From contig JBJOOT010000002.1 in the NCBI GenBank assembly GCA_046051185.1, positions 252 to 64,251 on the forward strand: 64,000 bases of DNA, given 5' to 3'. The stretch's first letter is position 1, and every line of letters begins with the position of its first letter. Origin of the DNA: Pseudomonadota bacterium (GTDB taxonomy: Bacteria > Pseudomonadota > Gammaproteobacteria > Thiotrichales > Thiotrichaceae). Under the pieces are notes generated by a model. That model worked only from the letters and a program-made list of their open reading frames with translations. It had not been told where the DNA came from and did not search any database. Positions 20,616 through 29,795 of this stretch are shown piece after piece. Made by a program: the position numbers and the translations under genes.

Positions 20616-20659
20616 AGAATTACAAACCCAACTCTGCTAGGGTTTCATAAAGGCGCGAA

Positions 20660-20688
20660 AGTATGGAGTAAACTGCACTGGCTGTCAA
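20660..20688 (-). promoter_or_regulatory. Sigma70 promoter of the rpsF operon
   Basis: TTGACA-17 bp-CATACT followed by GC-rich discriminator ttcgcgcc. Confidence 0.75.
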
Positions 20689-20893
20689 ATAGATGCTTAT
20701 TAGTAGAGCAGTAGCTAGTGTAATTCATAGACAATAAAGTTTCAGGTGTGGATAGATTGAGCGCATCCTGATACTTCAAGCCGTAAATCATTCCTTCGGT
20801 AGGATTTATTAGGAAAAATCAAATTTCCTGACCTAAACTCACGTAAAACCAATAAGTCGAAACGGTTAGCCTAAATTTGCGTGGAGTTTATGC

Positions 20894-22138
20894 GTGGACT
20901 ATCAGCTTTCTGCTGAAGCGGAACAAATTAGCCTTAAGCCTAGCTTAAAATTTTTAGTGCTGGAGAGTAAATCTCCTATACGCTTAGATCTTGAGCTTAT
21001 GCTCCGCAAACGCTTTCCAAATGCAGTCATTGAACGCTTATTTCCTGAAGGGTTAGCCCAAGTTGCTCAAACTCTGATTTGGCAAAAATATGATTTGATT
21101 ATTATCGCCACTGAGATGATGCAGCCCGATTTGGCTTGGTTGCAGGGTATTCAACGTACTCGAGCGGGTTTGCCGCTAGTCATTATTTTGACGGAAGATG
21201 AAGATTTAGGGCATGAAGCGATGTGGGCAGGGGCTGATCTGGTTTTACCTTTACAGGCATCTCCCCAACAATTGTCGATGCACTTAGATAATTTATTGGA
21301 GGTGAGTCGAGCTTTAAAGCGCTATCCGCTTCGTTTACCACAATGGCATTTTCAAGAATTACTGCATAATAGCGACAATTCGATTATTTTTTTAGCTGAA
21401 AATTACCATCACCAACAAGCCGTGATCAAACGCTTCAAGTTTGATGTCAGTGGCGTAGGAAATCAGGCTTTCGCCAGCTTTCTACAAGATGCTAAATTGC
21501 TGACCGCTTTACAATACCCGGGTTTAGTCCATTTATTGGATGTAGGGGTATCTTGCAATGCAGTCGTCATTGTTATGGAGTATGTACAAGGGCAAACTTT
21601 ACGAGCGCTGCTGACTCAACACAGTGAACTAGCCTTATCTACTTTATTGACTTGGTTTAAGCAGATTACGGAAGCCTTAGGTGTGATTCATGCTTTAGGT
21701 TTGTTGCATCGTGATCTTAAGGCTTCCAACATTGTGATGCGTGATGACATCACTCCGGTACTTTTAGACTATGGTATCGAAAGCAGTGTGATGCTTAGCA
21801 GTGGCTTTTTACAAGAAGACCAAATCTATTGCACCCCCTTTTATATTAGCCCTGAACGCATCATTGGTGAGCCTGCAACAATTCAGTCAGATTTGTATGC
21901 ATTAGGGGTCTTGTTTTATGAAATGCTCGTGGGAGAAAAGCCGTATACAGGCTCGAATCTAAGTGAAGTATTACAAAAACAATTATTTGAACCACTACCT
22001 CAATTACCCCGCGCTTTAGCAGTCTATCAATCGTTAGTGAATACTTTATTGGCTAAACTCCCTGAGCAGCGTCCAGCCTCAGTCGAAGTTGTTTTAGCTT
22101 GGTTAGCGGATCATCAACTTGAGTTAACAGTCGATTAG
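20894..22138 (+). CDS. Hanks-type Ser/Thr kinase with degenerate N-terminal receiver-like domain
   Basis: AVIKRF, VMEYVQG, HRDLKASN, DYG, YISPE, SDLYALGV; GTG start. Confidence 0.8.
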   Translation: MDYQLSAEAEQISLKPSLKFLVLESKSPIRLDLELMLRKRFPNAVIERLFPEGLAQVAQTLIWQKYDLIIIATEMMQPDLAWLQGIQRTRAGLPLVIILTEDEDLGHEAMWAGADLVLPLQASPQQLSMHLDNLLEVSRALKRYPLRLPQWHFQELLHNSDNSIIFLAENYHHQQAVIKRFKFDVSGVGNQAFASFLQDAKLLTALQYPGLVHLLDVGVSCNAVVIVMEYVQGQTLRALLTQHSELALSTLLTWFKQITEALGVIHALGLLHRDLKASNIVMRDDITPVLLDYGIESSVMLSSGFLQEDQIYCTPFYISPERIIGEPATIQSDLYALGVLFYEMLVGEKPYTGSNLSEVLQKQLFEPLPQLPRALAVYQSLVNTLLAKLPEQRPASVEVVLAWLADHQLELTVD

Positions 22139-22276
22139 TGCATGATTAGCTCATGACACGCTTATAAGTCGGATCAATTGGTTTTAAATATTTATTTTAT
22201 TGATAATGATTTTTTGTTATAGTGCAAAAGAGGGCTTGCTAAACACTCTGATTAGTTAATTTATAAAAAAATCAAT

Positions 22277-22786
22277 ATGATACGTTTTCTTATCGTCTTT
22301 ATGCTCGCTCAGGCGGGGCTATTTGGTTTAGAAATGTTGCAGCCGGTGCAGCAACAGCTCATTTTACCTTGGACAGCCTTGTTAGCGGATCTGAGTGGCT
22401 GGTTTATGTCGTTTTTTGATAGCCAAGTACTCACTTCAGGCAAGGTCATTAGCCACAGTTTAACAGGGTTTGCTGTTTCAATTGAGCCGGGTTGTAATGG
22501 GGTTGAGGCAATGATTGTCTTATTAGCCGCGATTGGTGCTTTCCCTGCCCCTTGGTTGTATAAGCTTAAAGGTTTGCTGTGGGGCTTTGTTGCGATTCAA
22601 GGTCTGAATTTATTACGGATTATTAGTCTGTTCTATTTGGGGCAATGGAGTCGCGAGTTGTTTGACTGGGCGCATTTATATATCTGGCAAGCCTTAATCA
22701 TGCTGGATGCTTTAGTCGTGTTTCTTATCTGGATTCGCTATTTGCCTGTTGAGGATTCAAGTGATCTGAAGGAGCAAGCCGCATGA
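22277..22786 (+). CDS. xrtH: Exosortase H-type membrane transpeptidase
   Basis: IEPGCNGVEA (catalytic Cys), NLLRIISLF (Arg), FDWAHLYIWQ (His); short 169-aa form. Confidence 0.8.
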   Translation: MIRFLIVFMLAQAGLFGLEMLQPVQQQLILPWTALLADLSGWFMSFFDSQVLTSGKVISHSLTGFAVSIEPGCNGVEAMIVLLAAIGAFPAPWLYKLKGLLWGFVAIQGLNLLRIISLFYLGQWSRELFDWAHLYIWQALIMLDALVVFLIWIRYLPVEDSSDLKEQAA

Positions 22787-23394
22787 AGCATCGTCCGATT
22801 CAAGCTTTTATGCTGGGTGTATTAGTCTTTCTGCCGCTCAGCTTTGCAGTTTGGTATTTAGCCGCACTCGTGCATTTAGCCCCGCTGACTTGGTTAACCG
22901 AGCAATTATTGCAATGGGTATTTCCACAAGCGGTATTATGGCTAAAACTGGATGGGCATATTTTAGTATTAGCCTCGAATTTCGGCACAGATCCCTCTGG
23001 CGTGGTGGTCTCTCCACCAGTTGCTGATGATTTAATGGGTTTTCATTTAAACCCTTTGATTTATACCTACAGCTTACCTTTGCTCATCGCGCTAATTTTG
23101 GCAACACCGACCACTAACAAATGGCAGCAATTAGGTTTAGCGAGTTTGTTATGGCTGCCTTTAGCGGGTTTTAGTATGTTTTTTAGTGTGCTGAAAGTAT
23201 TAAGCTTTGATGTCGGTTTAGCCTTTCAGCAGCAGCAGGCGTTAAGCCCGTGGATGCTCGATATGATTGCCTTGGCGTATCAAACAGGTACTTTGATTTT
23301 ACCGATGATCGCACCGCTAGTGATTTGGATGGCCTTAAATCGGAAGTTTTTGCTGACGCTAGCGCCACAATTACAGCGAATTTTGGCGCATTAA
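22783..23394 (+). CDS. Exosortase H-associated membrane protein
   Basis: Translationally coupled to xrtH; multi-TM; NPLIYTYSLPL and YQTGTLILP motifs. Confidence 0.7.
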   Translation: MKHRPIQAFMLGVLVFLPLSFAVWYLAALVHLAPLTWLTEQLLQWVFPQAVLWLKLDGHILVLASNFGTDPSGVVVSPPVADDLMGFHLNPLIYTYSLPLLIALILATPTTNKWQQLGLASLLWLPLAGFSMFFSVLKVLSFDVGLAFQQQQALSPWMLDMIALAYQTGTLILPMIAPLVIWMALNRKFLLTLAPQLQRILAH

Positions 23395-23422
23395 CTGGGA
23401 GTAAGTGTGCGGTTTGAGTTGC

Positions 23423-24400
23423 TTAGGGTGATTCGGGAGTGCGGCTGCGTTTCCAATTTTGTAAATCAACCACTTTATCCGCTTCATCCTGCACGGTCTG
23501 CTCACCTGCTATACCTCGATGATTGCCTAACAGGACGGAGGGATTACCTTCTAAAAATTCACGCATCAAGCGTAATTTAAGGCTATTCGGAAAGCGACTG
23601 GTGGTTTCGTGGTTTTCTAAAGCGTCTGATTCTTCTTCAGTCAGCGAATTGACTAGAGCTTTCCAACGTTGATCTAAAATTTCTTTCAGAGGCTGGCTAT
23701 TGCCTTCTAACTGGGTTTGGATGTCTTCAGGTAAAGACTCCAGATAAGCATCTAGATTTTCAAAAGCCTCTTCATGTTGAGCCTCATCAAGGGTGTCCAA
23801 TAAGTCCTGCAACCATTGCTTTTCAGCTTCTAAAGCAAAATGATCATGTTGATAAGTCGGGCGGCCATTTTTAATCATATCATTGGCTTGACCATACTTT
23901 TGCCACAGCATATTTAAGCGCGGCGCATAACTTGCCAATTCACGTAAAGGATTTTTTAAATCAGGCTTATCTTCTGGTAAGGAAAAAATAGTAGGAGCAA
24001 GATGTTGGCCTAGTTGGCTGGCTTGGTATAAAGCACTTGCATATTGAAAAGCATCAAAGGAAAAAGTGATGATATTTTCTTCATACTCTTCTGATTCTTC
24101 TTCAAGCTCAATATTCAAAAAAGGTTCGTAATGCTCATACACCAAATCCCACAATACTTTCCCTTCGCGGTGGCGCACAAAGATCGCTGATTCAATTTGA
24201 AAGCGGGGATTATCGGGCGAAGCCGTCACCATCCAGTAGTCGCCGGTCGTTTGGGCGCTACCTATTAACCGACCGACATCAATAAACTCCATCGGTACAT
24301 TAAAAATTTGTGCTGGGCTACTGTAATTATCTTGAACACTTAAGTAGCAATTGGCTAAGCCACCTTCCAGCACCAAAGTAATAGAAAGACTTTGATCCAT
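23423..24400 (-). CDS. Hypothetical acidic protein
   Basis: 325-aa ORF with ATG, strongly E/D-rich, C-terminal KVVDLQNWK. Confidence 0.65.
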   Translation of the reverse strand: MDQSLSITLVLEGGLANCYLSVQDNYSSPAQIFNVPMEFIDVGRLIGSAQTTGDYWMVTASPDNPRFQIESAIFVRHREGKVLWDLVYEHYEPFLNIELEEESEEYEENIITFSFDAFQYASALYQASQLGQHLAPTIFSLPEDKPDLKNPLRELASYAPRLNMLWQKYGQANDMIKNGRPTYQHDHFALEAEKQWLQDLLDTLDEAQHEEAFENLDAYLESLPEDIQTQLEGNSQPLKEILDQRWKALVNSLTEEESDALENHETTSRFPNSLKLRLMREFLEGNPSVLLGNHRGIAGEQTVQDEADKVVDLQNWKRSRTPESP

Positions 24401-24570
24401 CAGCCTAGTATATCAGGTTTGATTGCGAGGCTAGCTGGATTTTGCAAGCAATTCATCGGGTAGGCGGATTCTTTCGTAGTCGCTAGCGAGCAAAATAGTC
24501 TATGCTTGAGGCCTGATGAGGTAAGGTAGTTCCCCAAGCTGCTAGCTGAGTGGTTAATTAATAAGGATTT

Positions 24571-25500
24571 TTGATGGTTAAGTGGATAATCAGTCGTGTT
24601 ACTGATCTCTTAATTGCGCTATTAGTCATGACAGTCATTTTGGTCGGAGTCTTGACTCAACCAGTGTTTACTTGGTCGGCAGCGAATGCACCACAATTGC
24701 CGCTTGAGCGTGGCGCTTTGGAGCAAGAGTTACGGGCTTTATTAGCGATTCCGGCGGCTTATGATACGAACACTCGTTTTAAAGGTACCGCTCAAGAGCT
24801 TGGCCAACGCTTATCAGCCATTGGTGCACTAGAGCAAAATGATCGTAGTGATGGTCAAAAGGTTTTGCGTTTAAGAGTTGGGAATCCAGAAGCGAAAAAA
24901 CTGTATATTGTTTTGCATTATGTAGTGACTGAAAAGCCAATTTTAGAAGTTGCTGAAACGACTTTAAGCCTCCTTGAATTAGCTAAAGCAGTCAGTAAGG
25001 ACGAAGATGCTACCGCCTTGCAACTCAACTTAACCTTGATTTTGCATCCGGTCGAAGATTTAGAGGCGAGTTTGAACCAAGTCAGCTTTGCTCATGCCGA
25101 GCAATTGCTACAAGCGAAAGCCACGGCCGATGATCCGATATTAGTGTTTATGCCCGGTCTGCGTTTACCCGAGGCGGCTTATATTTCTAAACAATGGCGT
25201 TACTTTAGTTTATTAATGCCAAGTAGTGGGAATAATTTAGCTATTTTTAGCCGCTTGAATGATATTGTTTTATTGCGCCATTTTAAAAAGGCTTTACTGC
25301 AAGCCGGATTAGGTGATTTAAGTTCTATTAGTATTCCCGTGAATTTTCCAAATACAAAGCCTTCACCCTTAAAAGCCTATTGGGACAATCACTTAGCAGC
25401 CATGCTCCTTCGCCCTAATATTTTATTAAAAGATAAAAATTATGAAGGGCATGTGCGCTTTATTTCAGCACTTTATAGCTTAGTAAAACAGGGTTACTGA
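24571..25500 (+). CDS. Membrane-anchored degenerate M28-peptidase-like protein
   Basis: TM helix + LTQPV; later segments align in order with M28/YfbL-like motifs but lack the Zn ligands. Confidence 0.5.
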   Translation: MMVKWIISRVTDLLIALLVMTVILVGVLTQPVFTWSAANAPQLPLERGALEQELRALLAIPAAYDTNTRFKGTAQELGQRLSAIGALEQNDRSDGQKVLRLRVGNPEAKKLYIVLHYVVTEKPILEVAETTLSLLELAKAVSKDEDATALQLNLTLILHPVEDLEASLNQVSFAHAEQLLQAKATADDPILVFMPGLRLPEAAYISKQWRYFSLLMPSSGNNLAIFSRLNDIVLLRHFKKALLQAGLGDLSSISIPVNFPNTKPSPLKAYWDNHLAAMLLRPNILLKDKNYEGHVRFISALYSLVKQGY

Positions 25501-25532
25501 ATGGCTAGGTAGCAACTTAGCCAGCAGTGTTA

Positions 25533-25561
25533 GAGACAAGCCGCCGCTTTTTTGCTATAAA
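25533..25561 (+). promoter_or_regulatory. Putative rnpB promoter
   Basis: GAGACA-17 bp-TATAAA with extended TG, just upstream of the RNase P RNA 5' end. Confidence 0.55.
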
Positions 25562-25566
25562 GCCAT

Positions 25567-25932
25567 TTAGCCGATTGGACAATCGCTGCTGAACTTAGGT
25601 GCAAACTTTAGTTTAGGGGAGGAAAGTCCGGGCTCCATAGGGCAAGATGCCAGGTAACGCCTGGGCGGCGCAAGTCGACGGAAAGTGCCACAGAAAATAT
25701 ACCGCCTAGTCTATTTAGGTAGATTAGGTAAGGGTGAAATGGTGCGGTAAGAGCGCACCGCGTCATTGGTAACAGTGTACGGCAGGGCAAACCCCATCTG
25801 GAGCAAGACCAAATAGGAATGCATTGGCGCGGCCCGCGTTGCATTCGGGTAGGTTGCTTGAGGTATATGGTGACGTATACCCTAGATGAATGATTGTCCA
25901 CGACAGAACCCGGCTTATAGATCGGCTATTTC
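25567..25932 (+). ncRNA. rnpB: RNase P RNA (bacterial class A)
   Basis: gaggaaagtccgggctcc, ggaaagtgccacagaaa, ggtaagagcgcaccg, gagcaagaccaaatagg, acagaacccggcttata; P1 ends tagccgat/atcggcta; upstream of mraZ. Confidence 0.97.
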
Positions 25933-26012
25933 TTTTAAATTGTACAAATAATAAGCTAATTATTTAATCAGTCATTGATTCAATTCATTGATGTTGAGTT
26001 ATTGCAGTTTTT

Positions 26013-26041
26013 TCAACTCAACTCAACTCAACTCAACTCAA
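26013..26041. repeat. Pentanucleotide microsatellite (TCAAC)5.8
   Basis: tcaactcaactcaactcaactcaactcaa between rnpB and mraZ. Confidence 0.95.
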
Positions 26042-26172
26042 TTTAATACCTACTCCACTCCATACTATTTTATAAACCTGCTGCTAATGGGCTATGGGTT
26101 TATTAGATTGGGGTAGCATCCATGTTTTTACTGTAGATCAGTTGCTTTTCAAGTAGCCAAGTGGTCATTTGA

Positions 26173-26201
26173 TTGACAGGGTGGGATATACTTTCTATCA
26201 T
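26173..26201 (+). promoter_or_regulatory. Sigma70 promoter of the dcw cluster (Pmra)
   Basis: TTGACA(26173)-17 bp-TATCAT(26196). Confidence 0.8.
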
Positions 26202-26202
26202 T

Positions 26203-26247
26203 TGGGACATGGTGGGAAAAAGTGGGGAAAAGTAGAAAAACGTGGAC
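26203..26247 (+). promoter_or_regulatory. MraZ-binding direct repeats
   Basis: TGGGA, TGGGA, TGGGG, TAGAA, TGGAC at 26203, 26213, 26223, 26233, 26243 (10-bp period). Confidence 0.8.
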
Positions 26248-26302
26248 TAAACTCACTGTTAGATAAAAGCTATCCAAGATACCTAAAGCCCTGAGTGACA
26301 GC

Positions 26303-26758
26303 ATGTTTCGTGGCATCTCAAATATTTCAATAGATACCAAAGGGCGGCTGTCGATGCCTTCGAAATACCGTGACGCTATCTTAGCAAGTGCAGCAGGTCA
26401 GATGGTCATCACTGTAGACCATGTTGATCAATGCCTATTGATTTACCCGATGGATCAATGGCTTAAGGTAGAGCAAGCATTAATGAGTCTTCCTAATCTA
26501 AGTCGCCGTGTGCGCAATATGCAACGTCTAGTCTTAGGGCATGCCGCTGAATTGGAGTTAGATATACAAGGACGTGTCTTACTGCCTGCCCCTTTGCGTG
26601 AGTATGCCGGTTTAGACAAACGGGTTGTGCTGGTTGGGCAAATGAATAAGTTTGAATTATGGGATGCAGATCGGTGGCAACAAGCTCGAGACCTTTGGTT
26701 ACAAGAAGCGCGTGATGATAATGAGGCAGATGACTTATTAAGTCAGGTTTGTATGTGA
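26303..26758 (+). CDS. mraZ: Transcriptional repressor MraZ
   Basis: MFRG, DTKGR and DIQGR repeats, FELWD. Confidence 0.96.
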   Translation: MFRGISNISIDTKGRLSMPSKYRDAILASAAGQMVITVDHVDQCLLIYPMDQWLKVEQALMSLPNLSRRVRNMQRLVLGHAAELELDIQGRVLLPAPLREYAGLDKRVVLVGQMNKFELWDADRWQQARDLWLQEARDDNEADDLLSQVCM

Positions 26759-27690
26759 TGTCGAATGCATTTGCGCATACTACAGTATTGCTGACTGAGG
26801 CAGTAACCGCTCTCCAAATAAAACCTAATGGCGTTTATGTGGACGGCACTTATGGACGAGGTGGACATGCCGCTAGAATTCTTGAAAGCCTCGATGTAGA
26901 TGGGCGTTTAGTGGCGATTGATAAAGATCCTGCCGCCATTCAGCATGCGCTCGCCACCCATCAAGCTGACCCGCGTTTTAAAATTTGGCAAGGTTCGTTT
27001 CGGGATTTTCCACAAGCTTTGCTTGACTTAGGTCTAGCCCCCTCGATTGATGGTCTATTGCTGGATTTAGGGGTGTCATCGCCGCAGCTTGATGAAGCGG
27101 AGCGTGGTTTTAGTTTTATGCGTGATGGCGCTTTGGATATGCGGATGAACCCAGCCTTTGGCTTAAGTGCGCAGCAATGGTTAATGCAAGCAGATGAAAA
27201 GGAAATTGCTCAAGTACTGTGGTTATATGGGGAGGAGCGCTTTTCAAGGCAAATTGCACGCGCCATTGTAAAAGCACGTGCCAGCGAATCTATAGCAAGC
27301 ACATTACAACTGGCGGATTTAATTGCTAAAGCAGTCCCTAAGCGTGAGCTAGGTAAAAATCCTGCAACTCGTAGTTTTCAAGCAATTCGGATCAAAGTAA
27401 ATCAAGAGTTAGACGATTTAGATGCTGGCTTGAAAGCTAGTTTAGAACATTTAAAAACGGGTGGGCGTTTAGCGGTGATTAGCTTTCATTCCTTAGAAGA
27501 TCGAAGAGTTAAACATTTTATGCGTGAACATGCGACCCCACCCCGTTTACCCAAGGGGCTACCGATTCAAGGGCTAGCGATGACTCCGCCGCTACGCTTG
27601 GTGGGGAAAGGGTTGCGGCCGAGTGAGGCTGAAATCGAAGTTAATGTGCGTGCGCGTAGCGCGACTTTAAGGGTTGCTGAGAAGGTCTAA
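26758..27690 (+). CDS. rsmH: 16S rRNA m4C1402 methyltransferase RsmH
   Basis: HTTVLL, DGTYGRGGH, DLGVSSPQLD, SFHSLEDR; ATG overlaps the mraZ stop. Confidence 0.96.
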   Translation: MSNAFAHTTVLLTEAVTALQIKPNGVYVDGTYGRGGHAARILESLDVDGRLVAIDKDPAAIQHALATHQADPRFKIWQGSFRDFPQALLDLGLAPSIDGLLLDLGVSSPQLDEAERGFSFMRDGALDMRMNPAFGLSAQQWLMQADEKEIAQVLWLYGEERFSRQIARAIVKARASESIASTLQLADLIAKAVPKRELGKNPATRSFQAIRIKVNQELDDLDAGLKASLEHLKTGGRLAVISFHSLEDRRVKHFMREHATPPRLPKGLPIQGLAMTPPLRLVGKGLRPSEAEIEVNVRARSATLRVAEKV

Positions 27691-27696
27691 ATCAGG

Positions 27697-27975
27697 ATGA
27701 ACCTACACCGCTGGCAAAGCTTAGCTACGGTCATGCTTTATGTATTAGTGATCGTATTGGCGCTGATGGTTGTGGCCAATCGCCATCATGCCCGCCAATT
27801 ATTTGGGGAATTGCAGCAGATGCAAAAAGAGCGCGATCAACTCAGTGCTAATTGGAGTCGCCTCGTCCTAGAGCAGAGCACGCAATTAAATCAAGTGCGT
27901 GTAGAAGACCAAGCCAAAAATGTTTTAGGTATGCACAAGCCTACAGCAGAAAATACACAGGTAATTCGTGAATGA
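27697..27975 (+). CDS. ftsL: Cell division protein FtsL
   Basis: TM + coiled coil, HHARQLF, WSRLVLEQS; position in dcw. Confidence 0.9.
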   Translation: MNLHRWQSLATVMLYVLVIVLALMVVANRHHARQLFGELQQMQKERDQLSANWSRLVLEQSTQLNQVRVEDQAKNVLGMHKPTAENTQVIRE

Positions 27976-29795
27976 GTAAGCGCAAATTAGCCTCGCCTGT
28001 TTTTCAAGGAAGAAGACGCTTCTTGATGTTGTCTTTGCTAGCGATTATTGGGGTACTGATGCTCCGAGCGGTTTGGTTAGAAATTTTTGACCAATCTATG
28101 TTGCAAGAACGTGCTGATCAGCGTCAAACCAAAATTGTGACCGTACCTGCGTATCGCGGGATGATTTTAGATCGTAATGGTGACCCGATGGCGGTCAGTA
28201 CGCCGGTTCAAACTTTAAGCTGTAATCCTAAATTATTATTAGATACGCGCACGAGTTTACGGGATGAATATGAGGCGGCTCTGCGTCTAGCGGAGGCCAC
28301 CCAAGGGGATGCGCGCTTAGCCGCTGAACGTGCTTTAGCAACCACTCGTTTTGTTAAATTAGAAGAAGCCTTACGTCGAGTCGAGGAAATTTTAGAGTAT
28401 CCTCCGGGGCAATTAGTGCAAAACCTTGAGGAAGCACGGGGTAAAAACTTCTATTATCTCGGGCGACAGCTCCCTCCTGAATTAGCTGAAGAAATCCTTG
28501 CTTTAGATATACCCGGTATTGAAAGTACCTTGGGTTATCGGCGTTTTTATCCCTTAGCTGAAACCAGTGGTCATGTCTTAGGAATGACCGATACCGATGG
28601 CAAAGGGATTGAAGGAATTGAAAAAGTGGACGATGCCTTATTAGCCGGTCAAGACGGGCGGATGCGGGTCGTCAAAGATGGACGCAATCGGATTGTTGAA
28701 GGGATTGAAAGCCTAAAAGACATGGTACCAGGGCAGGCCGTTCAGCTCAGTATTGATCGACGTATTCAGTACATCGCTTATAAGGAGCTGAAAGAGCAAG
28801 TCGTGCGTTTAGAGGCTAAGGCGGGTTCGATTATTGTGATGGATGCACAGACCGGTGAGATTCTAGCAATGGCTAATCTGCCTTCCTTCAATCCCAATAA
28901 TCGCAAGCAATTAGATGCCCAAAATTATCGAAATCGAGCAGTTACGGATAAATCAGAGCCGGGTTCTACTTTAAAACCCCTAACGGTCGCCGCAGCCTTA
29001 GAATCACGGGTATTATCTCCAGAGGTAGAAATTGATACCTCACCGGGGCAATTAAAGTTTGGCAAATATACGGTGCGTGATCCAAGTAATTATGGACCGA
29101 TCTCCTTAGCGACTTTACTGGCCAAATCCAGCAATGTGGGGGCGAGTCGGGTCGCTTTATTAATGAATCCCCGCGATCATTGGATGTTCTTAAGCCGTTT
29201 AGGTCTAGGGCGTGTACCTGCTGCCGGTTTCCCCAGTGAAAGCTCAGGTCAACTTTCAAGTTATACCGAATGGGGCAAAGTGGATCATGCCTCACATGGC
29301 TATGGTTATGGTTTATCCACTAGCTTATTGCAATTGACGCATGCTTATAGTGCGTTAGCCAATCAAGGCCAATTGATGCCCGCCACCATTTATAAACTCG
29401 ACAAGTTGCCACTTGCTCAAACGGTAATGTCAGCGGCTAATGCTCAGGCGGTTGTACAGATGATGGAAGCAGTAGTGCAGGGTGATGGGACAGGCAAGCG
29501 AGCGATGATTGATGGGTATCGGATTGCTGGTAAAACCGGTACTGCCTATAAATTTATCAATAATGCTTATAGTAATACGCGCTATATGACGAGCTTTAGT
29601 GGGATTGCACCAGCTAGTCGGCCGCGCTTAGTGGTTGCAGTACAAATTGATGAGCCGAAAAAAGATGATAGTGGTGGGCGGGCGGCTGCACCAGTGTTCT
29701 CTAAGGTCATGGCAGAAGCATTACGCCTTTTAGATATTCCACCCGATGATTTAAAACAAGCCAATACAAAAACAATGAAAGAGGGCAATACGTGA
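27972..29795 (+). CDS. ftsI: Peptidoglycan D,D-transpeptidase FtsI (PBP3)
   Basis: RGMILDRNG, EPGSTLKP (SxxK), KSSN (SxN), GKTGT. Confidence 0.95.
   Translation: MSKRKLASPVFQGRRRFLMLSLLAIIGVLMLRAVWLEIFDQSMLQERADQRQTKIVTVPAYRGMILDRNGDPMAVSTPVQTLSCNPKLLLDTRTSLRDEYEAALRLAEATQGDARLAAERALATTRFVKLEEALRRVEEILEYPPGQLVQNLEEARGKNFYYLGRQLPPELAEEILALDIPGIESTLGYRRFYPLAETSGHVLGMTDTDGKGIEGIEKVDDALLAGQDGRMRVVKDGRNRIVEGIESLKDMVPGQAVQLSIDRRIQYIAYKELKEQVVRLEAKAGSIIVMDAQTGEILAMANLPSFNPNNRKQLDAQNYRNRAVTDKSEPGSTLKPLTVAAALESRVLSPEVEIDTSPGQLKFGKYTVRDPSNYGPISLATLLAKSSNVGASRVALLMNPRDHWMFLSRLGLGRVPAAGFPSESSGQLSSYTEWGKVDHASHGYGYGLSTSLLQLTHAYSALANQGQLMPATIYKLDKLPLAQTVMSAANAQAVVQMMEAVVQGDGTGKRAMIDGYRIAGKTGTAYKFINNAYSNTRYMTSFSGIAPASRPRLVVAVQIDEPKKDDSGGRAAAPVFSKVMAEALRLLDIPPDDLKQANTKTMKEGNT

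Noticed and set aside
20835-20880. c-di-GMP-I riboswitch upstream of the kinase
   Set aside because: Only scattered resemblance (aaacc, gaaa, gcctaaa); the P1/P2 stems and conserved core cannot be formed.
25608-25901. 97-aa ORF on the minus strand
   Set aside because: Antisense to the RNase P RNA gene.
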